Origin: an uncultured Clostridia bacterium
Lineage (GTDB): Bacteria; Bacillota; Clostridia; TANB77; CAG-465
Direction of reading: 5' to 3'
NCBI GenBank assembly: GCA_934132895.1
Contig: CAKPAG010000001.1
Span: forward strand, 29,258-93,257
Length of the DNA stretch: 64,000 bases
Positions 18,960 through 29,102 of this stretch are shown here, one piece after another. Each line of letters opens with the position of its first letter. Within the stretch, counting starts at the first letter, position 1. The notes beneath the pieces are model-generated. The model worked only from the letters and a program-made list of their open reading frames with translations, was not told the origin of the DNA and made no database searches. A program made the position numbers and the translations under genes.

Positions 18960-20576
18960 TTACTTTTTAGATATTTTATCTCTTAAACTCCTATGATATG
19001 TTATTGCAAATCTATGTACTTCATCTTGCAAAAATGTTAAGAAATTAAGTATCTTTTTTTCTTTACTTAGATCAAACTCTGTACCATTTAAGTCGATTAA
19101 TCCTCTTGTTCTATGTTTATCATTTTTTACCATTCCATATATATTGGCTGTTTCATTTGAGTCTTCAAAGGCCTTTTTTACCATCTTAAGCTGATTTTTT
19201 CCGCCATCGATTAATACGACATCAGGAAGCGGCCACTCTTCAGAGTGCTTAAGTCTTCTAGTTATAACCTCATACATACATTTAGGATCATCTTGAGTTA
19301 AAGTACTTTTTATTCTGAATTTTCTATACATCTTTTTGTTTAGTTTTCCTTCTTCAAATCTAATCATACAGCCTACTATGTAATCGTTTCTTAAATTTGA
19401 TATATCATAACACTCTATCGAATCAATTGGCTCTTTAAATCCTAACATTTCAGATAACTCTTCAACTACATTATTTTTCTTATCTTCAATGTTTATGTTT
19501 ATATTATTTTCAACCATTTTAACAAGATTAGATTTCTCACCTCTTTTTGGTGAAAATACTTTTAATACTATATCTTTTTCTTTAAAAAATTCATTCAAAA
19601 GTTCTACATCTTTTTCTTCTAACTTAGCATACATTTTTTTAGGAACATCTTTTTCATTAATATAGTAATTTGAAATTATTTGAATAAAAGCTTCATCTTT
19701 TTCGTCTTTATCTACTTCATCAATTTTTACATTGTCATGTAATACCACTTTATAATTACGTATTTTAAATACTTGTATGTATAGTGTACCAGAAAGATAA
19801 ACATATCCCCATATATCACTACTATTTTCATTAAGGTTTGCAACAGTTTGTTTAGCACTTATCTTTTCTATTTCTTCTAATCTCTTTTTTAAAATTGCCG
19901 CCCTTTCGAATTCTAGGTTTTCTATGCATCTTTCTATATCTTCTGTTATTATTTCTTTTATCTTATTATTCTTTCCCTCTAGGAAAAGTACAACTTGATT
20001 TATCATTTCTCTATATTCTTTTAAATTTAAATCGTTAATACATGGACCTAAGCATCTTCCTATATGATAATACAAACATGGCCCTACATTTTTGTTTTTT
20101 TCTAAATTATATTTGCATCTTTTTATTGGAAATATCTGCTTTATTGTTGCAAGTACATCTCTCATTGATGATACACTAGTATACGGTCCAAAGTACAAAG
20201 AGCCATCTTCTTTTTTTGTCCTTGTAACAAATATAACTGGATATTTGTCTTTTATTTTTACCTTAATATACGGATAGCTTTTATCATCTTTTAACATAAC
20301 ATTAAACTTAGGATTATATTCTTTTATATAATTACATTCTAATACTAAAGCCTCTACTTCATTACTTGTAACTATATAGTCTATATCTCTTACTAAAGAT
20401 GCCATTTTTTCAATTCTTGCTGTTTTATTATTTTTTTGGAAATACTGTCTTACCCTTTTTCTTAAATGTATTGCTTTTCCCACATAAATAACTGTACCAT
20501 TTTCATCTTTCATCATATATATTCCAGGATTTAATGGGATTTTTGAAACTATATCTTTAACATATGGATTATTCAC
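18960..20576 (-). CDS. uvrC: excinuclease ABC subunit C, short form lacking the C-terminal HhH region
   Basis: 538 aa with a GIY-YIG domain (PGIYMM...YVGKA), a UVR domain and an endonuclease domain ending ...VHRFAITYHRSLRDKISKK. GTG start. Confidence 0.88.
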   Translation of the reverse strand: MNNPYVKDIVSKIPLNPGIYMMKDENGTVIYVGKAIHLRKRVRQYFQKNNKTARIEKMASLVRDIDYIVTSNEVEALVLECNYIKEYNPKFNVMLKDDKSYPYIKVKIKDKYPVIFVTRTKKEDGSLYFGPYTSVSSMRDVLATIKQIFPIKRCKYNLEKNKNVGPCLYYHIGRCLGPCINDLNLKEYREMINQVVLFLEGKNNKIKEIITEDIERCIENLEFERAAILKKRLEEIEKISAKQTVANLNENSSDIWGYVYLSGTLYIQVFKIRNYKVVLHDNVKIDEVDKDEKDEAFIQIISNYYINEKDVPKKMYAKLEEKDVELLNEFFKEKDIVLKVFSPKRGEKSNLVKMVENNININIEDKKNNVVEELSEMLGFKEPIDSIECYDISNLRNDYIVGCMIRFEEGKLNKKMYRKFRIKSTLTQDDPKCMYEVITRRLKHSEEWPLPDVVLIDGGKNQLKMVKKAFEDSNETANIYGMVKNDKHRTRGLIDLNGTEFDLSKEKKILNFLTFLQDEVHRFAITYHRSLRDKISKK

Positions 20577-20635
20577 ATCTTACCACCTAACTAAACAAAA
20601 TTATATATACTAATATTTATATTATACCATATTTT

Positions 20636-20687
20636 TTCAAAAAAAGGAAATTCTGTACGTATTTTAATATAACACATACAGAATTTC
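20636..20687 (-). terminator. rho-independent terminator after spoVG
   Basis: Perfect 11-bp stem GAAATTCTGTA / TACAGAATTTC followed on the minus strand by CTTTTTTTG. Confidence 0.65.
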
Positions 20688-20752
20688 TAGGTATTAAAAG
20701 AGGGAAAAGTTCGTAAATTATATCCCTCTTAGTTTTCTAAAAAATTTCTTAA

Positions 20753-21007
20753 CTATTCAGCCTCATTATACTTGTCAAGAATTGCTTTTAAAAGCATTTC
20801 TCTAGTTTCAGTATTAATTGGATGAGCAATGTCTTTAAATTCTCCGCTTGGAGTTTTTCTGCTAGGCATAGCTATAAAGAAACCATTATCGCTTTCAATA
20901 ACTTTAATATCATGTATTACGAATACATCATCAATAGTTATAGAAGCTATAGCTTTCATTTTACCTTGAGAAGCTATTTTTCTTACTCTTACGTCTGTTA
21001 TTTGCAT
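20753..21007 (-). CDS. spoVG: septation/sporulation protein SpoVG
   Basis: [11 protein letters not shown]...FIAMPSRK. The start is taken at the ATG after GGAAGG. Confidence 0.9.
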   Translation of the reverse strand: MQITDVRVRKIASQGKMKAIASITIDDVFVIHDIKVIESDNGFFIAMPSRKTPSGEFKDIAHPINTETREMLLKAILDKYNEAE

Positions 21008-21151
21008 TTTACACACCGCCTTCCTGTTTAGTACAACTATATTATTGCATAATATTTTTTTAATGTCAATAGTTTGTTTACAATAATTTCCAAATTTTTT
21101 AAGTTTGTTTTTAGAGGCTTTTTTATTGTAAAATGTACTATATTATATATT

Positions 21152-21832
21152 TTATTTATATAGTATTTTTGTTCTTTTAACGTTATATTCAATAGTAGGT
21201 TCATCTATATATTCTCTATACCCATCCATTATAGTACTAGGTTTAAGATTAGAGTTAGAACCTGCAAGTACTGTTATTTCTAAAGAATTATCTAAAGAAA
21301 AATCATATGTAATTATTTGTTGTTTTATATCTATTCTTTCCATTCTATTTTTAGATTTTTTTAATACTAAGATATTTTTTTGTTCTAAATAACCTTCCAT
21401 TTTTCTTTTATATTCATTTTTTATATTTTCAATTTGAGCCTTAGTTTTGTCCTTAAATATTTCATCATTATATACTAGTGTTATAACATAAGTAGCAGCA
21501 TATACTTTAGCCATTATGCTTCTTTTATCATCATTTACATATTCTGCTGAAAGAATAGTAATACCATTTGGCAACACTCTATTTAATTGTTTGATTAAAT
21601 AAGGAGTTTCAACTTTTTCTGTAAGTTTTGCTTCTAATATTTCTCCTGTACTTTCTATACCTACTGATAATGGATGTGCAAATACAATCTCAGCTCTAGG
21701 ATTAAAGCCATTTGAAAAAGCAATTGGTATATCTGCTCTAGAAAAAGCTTGTTCAAAAATTTTTACTATATCTAAATGAGAAAGATATATGGCTTCTTGT
21801 GATTTACTATATATAATTTGCAATTTTTCCAC
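21152..21832 (-). CDS. radical SAM-associated protein (DUF2344/TIGR03936-like)
   Basis: 226 aa with YLSHLDIVKIFEQAFSRADIPIAFSNGFNPRAEI. GTG start. Confidence 0.75.
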   Translation of the reverse strand: MEKLQIIYSKSQEAIYLSHLDIVKIFEQAFSRADIPIAFSNGFNPRAEIVFAHPLSVGIESTGEILEAKLTEKVETPYLIKQLNRVLPNGITILSAEYVNDDKRSIMAKVYAATYVITLVYNDEIFKDKTKAQIENIKNEYKRKMEGYLEQKNILVLKKSKNRMERIDIKQQIITYDFSLDNSLEITVLAGSNSNLKPSTIMDGYREYIDEPTIEYNVKRTKILYK

Positions 21833-21970
21833 ACTATCACCCTACCTTCTTTTAGCCCAATTATACCACAGTAAGGTTCAAAAATCAAAGTTTTTAAGTA
21901 AATATTTTAACAAATCTTACATATTATTTAATTAAACTGACTTTATTCTTTCTATTTCACATATTGGAAT

Positions 21971-22072
21971 ATCTATTAAACTAGATATAACCTAGCACTT
22001 CCTGTTAGTTCATGACATATTAATACTGCCTTTTTTATTTTCTCCTTTTCTTCCACTGCCCTTTTCATTCCT
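21971..22072 (-). pseudogene. decayed fragment of a second rpn-like gene
   Basis: 21992-22072 is about 90% identical to 22365-22445 inside the intact gene. 21971-21988 resembles its 3' end (22119-22135). Internal deletion, no ORF. Confidence 0.55.
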
Positions 22073-22078
22073 TTAATA

Positions 22079-23083
22079 TTAAAGCAAACTTATTTTTTTA
22101 ACTTTACTTACAGGCATGTCTATTAAACTGGATATTTTCTCAATATTCATTCCAGACTTGAGTAGTTTTTTTATTATTTTTATTCTTTCTTCTGTTTTTC
22201 CTTTAGCTTTTCCTTCTGCTATTCCCTCTGCTTTTCCTTCGGCTATTCCCTCTGCCTTTCCTTCGGCTCTTCCTTTAGCTTCTCCTACTTCCTCTCCTCT
22301 GGTATATTCTTCTGTTAGAAAATCTTTTCTCCATTTTTCATTTAATTCTCTTACTCTTTTAGCTCTAGCACTTCCTGTTAATTCATGACATATTAATACT
22401 GCATTTTTTATTTTCTCGTTTTCTTCCACTGCTCTTTTCACCCCTTCCTTATTTCTCTTAGCATCTAAAAATGCTAACCACATATCAAATTCATTATACT
22501 CTTCTATTTTTTTATCTCTAAACTTTTCTAACTCTATATAACATACCTTACAATTTGAATTTAACTCTTTGTTTCTATTATTTTTTAATACCGTTATTCC
22601 TTCTAGTATATAATCTTTTTCTTCTTTCATTAAACTTTTATCTAATATTGAAATCTGCATTACTGGTTTTAGTTTATTATATATGTCTCCTTTTTTTAAT
22701 TGCTCAGCTATTAATTTTGCTGCATAATATGTTGTCCTTTTTAAGATTAACTTATCTTCTTTTACTTGCATTTCTATATCACATATCATTTCTTCATCTA
22801 TTATTGCCTTTATATCTATTCTTCCTACTTTTTCTCTTACGTCATCTACATCTAATGATACTTCATTTGCTACCTCTAACTTTTTTATTTTCCTTTTTAA
22901 TAACTTCTCTAGAAAATCTTGGAGTAAGTCTTCATTTCCTTTTTTAGAAAATAACATCTGAAATATTATATTTTCTCTCGGGTCTATTCCGGCATCTATT
23001 ATTTCATATAATTTGGCTTTTTCTAAATCTTCATTATTATATTTCAATATATCTCTTCCCTCCTTATTATATATTATTTTCAC
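22079..23083 (-). CDS. Rpn/YhgA-like PD-(D/E)XK recombination-promoting nuclease / putative transposase
   Basis: 334 aa with ...GRIDIKAI...CDIEMQV...YYAAKL... core and the typical C-terminal (A/K)EG(K/I)AEG repeat tract. Confidence 0.8.
   Translation of the reverse strand: MKIIYNKEGRDILKYNNEDLEKAKLYEIIDAGIDPRENIIFQMLFSKKGNEDLLQDFLEKLLKRKIKKLEVANEVSLDVDDVREKVGRIDIKAIIDEEMICDIEMQVKEDKLILKRTTYYAAKLIAEQLKKGDIYNKLKPVMQISILDKSLMKEEKDYILEGITVLKNNRNKELNSNCKVCYIELEKFRDKKIEEYNEFDMWLAFLDAKRNKEGVKRAVEENEKIKNAVLICHELTGSARAKRVRELNEKWRKDFLTEEYTRGEEVGEAKGRAEGKAEGIAEGKAEGIAEGKAKGKTEERIKIIKKLLKSGMNIEKISSLIDMPVSKVKKISLL
22206..22277 (-). repeat. 24-nt tandem repeat (3 units) inside rpn
   Basis: GCTTTTCCTTC(T/G)GCTATTCCCTCT repeated in tandem, encoding GKAEGIAEGKAEGIAEGKA. 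Confidence 0.8.
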
Positions 23084-23419
23084 ATGTTAGTCAACGCATT
23101 AAATGTATTTTTGCACTTTAATTGTGTTTAAAATCACATGTGAAAATAGTCTATTTGTTTTTACTACTTATCTTTATTACTATTTTTTCTCTACTTGAAT
23201 TTTAAGATTTAAAATTAAGATTAAATTATCTTTGAATTAAAATTTTGAACTTAATTATTTAAATTAACTATGTTTTTAAATTGTATATACAAATAATTTT
23301 AAAATTTTATAACAGTGATATTATTATACATTACGTGATGCTTTTTGTAAATACTTTTACCTTAAAAATCGGTCGTAAAATTTCGACAAAAAAAGAGAAG
23401 ATTTCATCTTCCCCAATAT

Positions 23420-24082
23420 TTAAATATCATCTATTTGCCAATCAATTTCTGCCATATTATGTTCTTTTAAAAATTTATTTGTTTTTGAAAAATGCGAACA
23501 TCCTTCAAATCCATACTTTACAGAGAATGGGCTTGGATGAGAACTTGTAAGAACTAAATGTATAGGATTTGTTATAAGGATCTGCTTTTCTTTTGCAAAT
23601 TTTCCCCATAACAAAAATACGACAGGTGTATTTTTGTTATTTATTTCTGTTATTATCCTATCAGTAAATATTTCCCATCCTTTTCCTTGGTGAGAAGCAG
23701 GTTTATCCTTTTCTACAGTTAAGACACTGTTTAAAAGAAGTACTCCTTGTCTTGCCCATTTTAGTAAATATCCATTATTAGGAATTTTATATCCTAAATC
23801 TCTATTTATTTCTTTATAGATATTTTGTAAAGAAGGTGGTACTTTTATTCCTGGATTAACTGAAAAGCACATTCCATGAGCTTCCCCTTCTCCATGATAT
23901 GGATCTTGTCCTATTATAACAACTTTAACATATTCATAAGGAGTATTTTTTAGTGCGAAAAAAATGTTTTCTCTTGGCGGATATATTGTTTTAGTTTTAT
24001 ATTCATTATCTATGAATTCATGTAGCTTTTTATAATAGTCTTTTTTGCTTTCTTCTTCAATTATTTCTTTAAAACGACTCAT
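23420..24082 (-). CDS. ung: uracil-DNA glycosylase
   Basis: 220 aa with GQDPYH and SSHPSPFS motifs. Confidence 0.92.
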   Translation of the reverse strand: MSRFKEIIEEESKKDYYKKLHEFIDNEYKTKTIYPPRENIFFALKNTPYEYVKVVIIGQDPYHGEGEAHGMCFSVNPGIKVPPSLQNIYKEINRDLGYKIPNNGYLLKWARQGVLLLNSVLTVEKDKPASHQGKGWEIFTDRIITEINNKNTPVVFLLWGKFAKEKQILITNPIHLVLTSSHPSPFSVKYGFEGCSHFSKTNKFLKEHNMAEIDWQIDDI

Positions 24083-24092
24083 ATTATTCCTC

Positions 24093-24761
24093 CTAAAGTG
24101 TAACTCCTTTTAATGATATAAGTAACCTTATTCTTCTTTTTGCACTATCTAATTTTACTTGCTTGTCGTGTCCTGGATAAATCATCACATCATCAAATCT
24201 ATTAAATATTTTTCTTAAAGAATTTACCATATCACTAAAACTTCCTGAATAAAGATCACATCTTCCATAACAGTCACAAAATATAGTGTCTCCTGTAAAT
24301 AATATATTAGAGCTACTCTCATATATACATATACATCCCGCAGTATGACCAGGAGTATGTATAACTTCAAATTGCATACTAAGGACTTCAAATTTGTAAC
24401 CGTCTTCTACTTCTATTATATCTTCATCTTTTATATTTTGTAAATTAACTCCTAATTCATGCGAATAATTTTCATCTGCATTAGTCAAAGCCTCTTTATC
24501 ATTTCTATGTATTAATATTTTAGCATTTGTATTTTTTCGCACTTCTTCTAATGCTCCTATATGGTCTCCATGAGCATGAGTTACAACAATATATCTTACT
24601 TTTACATTTTTACTATTTATTTCATCTAATATTTTTTTAGCATCATCAGCGGGATCAATTAATATGCCTTCTCTTTTACCATCTTTTTCATCGAAAGCAA
24701 GATAGGTGTTAGTAATATGACCACTTGATGCAACATCTATTTCTATAATATCTACTTTCAT
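24093..24761 (-). CDS. MBL-fold metallo-hydrolase
   Basis: 222 aa with the THAHGDHIG motif. Confidence 0.85.
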   Translation of the reverse strand: MKVDIIEIDVASSGHITNTYLAFDEKDGKREGILIDPADDAKKILDEINSKNVKVRYIVVTHAHGDHIGALEEVRKNTNAKILIHRNDKEALTNADENYSHELGVNLQNIKDEDIIEVEDGYKFEVLSMQFEVIHTPGHTAGCICIYESSSNILFTGDTIFCDCYGRCDLYSGSFSDMVNSLRKIFNRFDDVMIYPGHDKQVKLDSAKRRIRLLISLKGVTL

Positions 24762-24786
24762 TTTAATACTTAATACCTTTCAATAA

Positions 24787-25005
24787 TTACAACATAAAGT
24801 TATCACTTTTTTTAAAGAATATTTTCCTTACTGCTTCTTTTATCTCCTCTTTATTAACTGGATAAAGAGTTCCTCCAACATTTTCGTATACTTCTCTATT
24901 TGCATCAATATAATACACTACTCCATCTACTGTCACATTTGCTATAATATTTTTTCCACTAGTAAGTATTTCTTCTCTTAAATTATCTTCTTCCATATAT
25001 TTCAT
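24787..25005 (-). CDS. hypothetical protein (72 aa)
   Basis: ORF packed between relA and the MBL gene. No motif recognised. Confidence 0.45.
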   Translation of the reverse strand: MKYMEEDNLREEILTSGKNIIANVTVDGVVYYIDANREVYENVGGTLYPVNKEEIKEAVRKIFFKKSDNFML

Positions 25006-25023
25006 ATTTCTTCCTCCTACACT

Positions 25024-27183
25024 CTAATGAATACGTTTTATATCATAAACACTATCTATTCTTTTTAATAGCTTGATTAATTTTTGAAGTTCAATTGTAT
25101 CAGAAATCATAATTTCTACAACTATATCGATTTCTCTATTTTGTTTTTCCTTTGTTACAACTGAACTTAAAGTTATATTACTATTTCCTATTTCTTTTAA
25201 CACATCATTTAATATGTTTTCTCTATTATTTGCCATTATAACTAATTTAACTTTAGAATTTATTTTTATCTTTTCTTTCCATGAAACTTCTATTTTTCTA
25301 GATTTCATATCTAAGTTTTTTAAATTTTTACAATTTTTTCTATGTATAGAAACACCATTTGCATTAGTAATATATCCTACAATTTCATCTCCAGGAATTG
25401 GCATACAGCATTTGGCAAGTTGAGTTTTACAATTTTTTATTCCCTCTACTATTACAAATTCCTCTTCATTTTTTCTCTTATTTTTTTGATTTATATCTTT
25501 TATGCTTGGTAATTTTTCTTTATTTTCTTCTTCATAAACTTCAATAATTCTATTTACTACTTTTAAAGCTGAAATGCTACCAAAGCCTATATTTTCATAT
25601 GCATCATCTAAGGTCTTAAAAGAAAACTTTTTAAGAGCTTTATCAACATATTTATCCTTTAAAAACTCCTCTTTAGATATTTTTTGTTTCCTTATAGCTT
25701 TTTGAAAAAGTTCTTTTCCTTTTACAATGTTTTCTTCTTTTCCTTTATTTTTTAAAAAACAAGTTATTTTATTTCTAGCATTTGATGTTTTTACATATTT
25801 CAACCAATCTCTGCTTGGTCCTTTTGCATTTGATGATGTTACTATTTCTACTACATCTGTATTTTCAAGTTTTGTATGTAAAGGAACCATTTTAGAATTT
25901 ATTTTGGCTCCTATCATTTTTTCAGCAACTTTTTGATGTATCAAATATGCAAAGTCAATAGGGGTAGAGCCTTTTGGAAGTGCCTTTATTTCACCTTTTG
26001 GAGTAAAGACAAAAACCTCTTCGCCAAATAATTCTACTTTCATTTTTTTAATATTTTCAGAGGTATCTTGAAGTTCCTTTTGAATTTCTAAAGTTTGTCT
26101 TAACCATACTAATTTTTTATCTGCATCTGTCTGTTTTGTCTTTTTTTCTTTGTATGCAAAGTGAGCTGCTATACCATAGTCTGCTACTTTATGCATATCC
26201 CAAGTTCTAATCTGTATTTCAAAAGGACGACCTCCCTCTCCAAACACAGTAGTATGAAGTGACTGATACATATTTGTTTTTGGCACTGCAATATAGTCTT
26301 TAAATCTTCCTGGCATTGGTTTGTACATATCGTGTACAATTCCAAGTGCTGTATAACAATCTTTAATAGAATCCACTATTATTCTAATTGCTAAAAGATC
26401 AAACAAATCATCAGCATTACAGTTTTTTGCTTTCATTTTTTTATATATACTATAGAAATGTTTTGGTCTTCCGTAAACTTTAGCAACTATTTTTTGTTCA
26501 CTTAAAGCTTTTTCTATTTCCTCAATTCTTCTTTTTATATACTCTTCTCTTTCTTTTTTCTTTTCATCAATTTGTGATTTAACTAGTGCATACTCATCTT
26601 TCATAAGTATTCTAAATGATATATCTTCAAGTTCTGCCTTCATTTGAGACATTCCTAATCTATGTGCTATTGGAGCATAAATAGTTAAGCACTCTTTTGC
26701 CATATTTATTTTTACTTCATCACTATCTACATTTTTTATATTCTGCATATTGTATAGCCTATCTGCTAATTTTATAATTACTGTTCGTATATCTTTAGCT
26801 ATGGCCATAAACATATCTTTTAGCTTATCACTATTTAATTTTTCTTTACCTTTTAAATTAAGATATGAGAGCTTATCTATTGTAAGTACCATGTCTAATA
26901 CTTCTGAGCCAAATAACTTTTCAAATTCTTTTTTATCAAATTCTTCACATTTTACTACTCCATGTAACAAAGCAGCATAAACCGATACATCATCAAGTCT
27001 TAAAGAAATTACTAAACTTGCAACACCTATTACATGGTCAATCATGTCTATATTTGCTTTTTTCTTTCCATTATACATTCGGTTTGCATATTCAAAAACC
27101 TTTTGTAATTTCTTTTTATCATATTTTATCTTTTCTTCATCTAAAAGTTTAGCTATATACTCTAAATTTTTATTTTCATCCAT
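25024..27183 (-). CDS. relA: long RSH (p)ppGpp synthetase with a degenerate HD hydrolase motif
   Basis: 719 aa with a synthetase core (RFKDYIAVPKTNMYQSLHT, EIQIRT) plus TGS and ACT regions. The HD region reads LLHGVVKCEE and LADRLYNM. Confidence 0.9.
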   Translation of the reverse strand: MDENKNLEYIAKLLDEEKIKYDKKKLQKVFEYANRMYNGKKKANIDMIDHVIGVASLVISLRLDDVSVYAALLHGVVKCEEFDKKEFEKLFGSEVLDMVLTIDKLSYLNLKGKEKLNSDKLKDMFMAIAKDIRTVIIKLADRLYNMQNIKNVDSDEVKINMAKECLTIYAPIAHRLGMSQMKAELEDISFRILMKDEYALVKSQIDEKKKEREEYIKRRIEEIEKALSEQKIVAKVYGRPKHFYSIYKKMKAKNCNADDLFDLLAIRIIVDSIKDCYTALGIVHDMYKPMPGRFKDYIAVPKTNMYQSLHTTVFGEGGRPFEIQIRTWDMHKVADYGIAAHFAYKEKKTKQTDADKKLVWLRQTLEIQKELQDTSENIKKMKVELFGEEVFVFTPKGEIKALPKGSTPIDFAYLIHQKVAEKMIGAKINSKMVPLHTKLENTDVVEIVTSSNAKGPSRDWLKYVKTSNARNKITCFLKNKGKEENIVKGKELFQKAIRKQKISKEEFLKDKYVDKALKKFSFKTLDDAYENIGFGSISALKVVNRIIEVYEEENKEKLPSIKDINQKNKRKNEEEFVIVEGIKNCKTQLAKCCMPIPGDEIVGYITNANGVSIHRKNCKNLKNLDMKSRKIEVSWKEKIKINSKVKLVIMANNRENILNDVLKEIGNSNITLSSVVTKEKQNREIDIVVEIMISDTIELQKLIKLLKRIDSVYDIKRIH

Positions 27184-27247
27184 TTTTTAAGTCCACCTCC
27201 TAAAGTTACTCTATTTTACTACTCTACTAAAAATTACTTTTTATCTT

Positions 27248-28927
27248 TTAATCTACAGTTTTCTTAAAATCTTGTAATATAAGCTGAATAGTTCTTGGTG
27301 TATTATATGAGTTTATTTCCACATTACAAAGTACATCTATTTTATCTCCAAGTCTTACATCATCTCTTCTTGCACCTTGTGAAAAAGCTAAAGCTTCTAG
27401 TAAGACTCTTTCATCTTGAAGTGTAAACTTTAGATGTTTTTCTTCTTTTAATGTTCTAATAGAATGTATTTTTAGCCCTTTATACAAAAAGAGTGGAGTG
27501 TTATTTGCTTGTCCATATGGTTTTATTCTATTTATATCTTTTAATATTTGAACTCCTAAATCACTCTTTTTTATTTCCATATCAACATCTATTACTTGTA
27601 CTAAGTCTTTCATATTTTGAGTAACTATTTTTTCAAATTCTTCTCTAAATAAAGGTATGTTTTCTTCTTCAATACTCATTCCTGCGGCAAGTTCATGTCC
27701 ACCAAATTGTATTAAATACTCTTTTGACTCAGTTAACGCATCATAAAGTGAAAAGCCATTTGGACATCTTCCAGAACCTCTTACCACATCATTTTCTTTT
27801 GTAAATAGTACAACTGGTTTATTATATATATTTACAAGTCTTGAAGCAACAATACCTATTACTCCATTATGCCAATTTTCATTATATAGTACAATACTAT
27901 TTTTTTGTGTATATCCTTCATTTTCAATTGTATTTACTGCTTCTTCAAATATGTTTTTTTCTACTTCTTGCCTTTTTATATTCAAACTATCTAATTTTTC
28001 AGCTAATTCTTTAGCATTTTCTTCAGATTCCTCTAATAACAATTTTACTGCAATAGATGCATCTCCCATTCTTCCACAAGCATTTATTCTTGGAGCCATA
28101 CCAAAAGATACCATTGTACTATCAATATCCTTAAAATTAATCACTCTAAGCATAGCTTTTATACCTTCATTTTTGGTATTAGCTACTTGTTTTAAACCTT
28201 CTTTAGATATAATTCTATTCTCATCTAAAAGAGGTACTATATCTGATATTGTTCCTATTGCTACTATATCTAAATATTTAAGGTAACTTTCACTTTCCAT
28301 GTTTAAACTAATTGCAAGTGCACTTAAAACTTTAAATGCCACTCCCACTCCTGCAAACATTTTAAATGGATAATTATCATCTTTCTGCTTTGGATTAATA
28401 ATCGCAAGTGCAGTAGGTAAATTTTCTGTACATTCATGATGGTCTGTTATAGCAATGTCAAGTCCAAGGCTTTTAGCATATTCCACTTCATCTATAGCTG
28501 TAATTCCACAATCTACAGTTATAACCAAAGATACGCCTTCTTTTTTTATTTTATCTAAAGCTTCATTATTAACCCCATAGCCTTCTTGTAACCTATCTGG
28601 TAAATAATACATCACATCTAACCCTAGGTCACTTAAGAACTTATACATTATTGTAATACTTGTTATACCATCTACATCATAATCACCGTATATACAAATT
28701 TTCTCTTTTTTATTTATTGCAAGTTTTATTCTATCTACTATTTTTTGCATATCCTTAAGTAAAAACGGATCTCTTAAATCTTTTAACGTTCCATTTAAAT
28801 ACATATCTATATCTTCTACTTCTCTTGCTTTTAGAAGTTTAGCAAGACATTTAGATATGTTATATTTATTACTTATCTTATCAATTTCTTCTTCGTTATA
28901 TTTTTTTATATTCCAAACCTTTTGCAT
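27248..28927 (-). CDS. recJ: single-stranded-DNA-specific exonuclease RecJ
   Basis: 559 aa with DHH motifs (YGDYDVDG, ITDHHE) and DHHA1 (GGHELAAG). Confidence 0.9.
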   Translation of the reverse strand: MQKVWNIKKYNEEEIDKISNKYNISKCLAKLLKAREVEDIDMYLNGTLKDLRDPFLLKDMQKIVDRIKLAINKKEKICIYGDYDVDGITSITIMYKFLSDLGLDVMYYLPDRLQEGYGVNNEALDKIKKEGVSLVITVDCGITAIDEVEYAKSLGLDIAITDHHECTENLPTALAIINPKQKDDNYPFKMFAGVGVAFKVLSALAISLNMESESYLKYLDIVAIGTISDIVPLLDENRIISKEGLKQVANTKNEGIKAMLRVINFKDIDSTMVSFGMAPRINACGRMGDASIAVKLLLEESEENAKELAEKLDSLNIKRQEVEKNIFEEAVNTIENEGYTQKNSIVLYNENWHNGVIGIVASRLVNIYNKPVVLFTKENDVVRGSGRCPNGFSLYDALTESKEYLIQFGGHELAAGMSIEEENIPLFREEFEKIVTQNMKDLVQVIDVDMEIKKSDLGVQILKDINRIKPYGQANNTPLFLYKGLKIHSIRTLKEEKHLKFTLQDERVLLEALAFSQGARRDDVRLGDKIDVLCNVEINSYNTPRTIQLILQDFKKTVD

Positions 28928-29102
28928 TTTTCCCCCTCTAAAAAATTAAACTTATTTACAGTTAATATTTTACTACAAATAATGCAAAAAATAAAGTGAA
29001 AAACTAAAAAGAAAATGTATTTTGTATTTTTTTGTTACATTTTAATTAGAGCTTTCATTTAATATATTAGAAGTATTTTAGAAAATGGAAGGAGTTAAAA
29101 AA

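Noticed and set aside
22206-22277. A possible CRISPR-like or non-coding repeat array
   Set aside because: The units are tandem without spacers, in frame, and encode the typical AEG repeat of Rpn-family proteins.
21833-23419. A genomic island or prophage around the rpn gene
   Set aside because: There is no integrase, no terminal inverted or direct repeats, no tRNA target and no compositional shift. It holds only a single nuclease gene plus its remnant.
23281-23550. An 89-aa plus-strand ORF in the rpn-ung intergenic region
   Set aside because: It overlaps the 3' end of ung in antisense, has no RBS, and is AT-rich low-complexity sequence.
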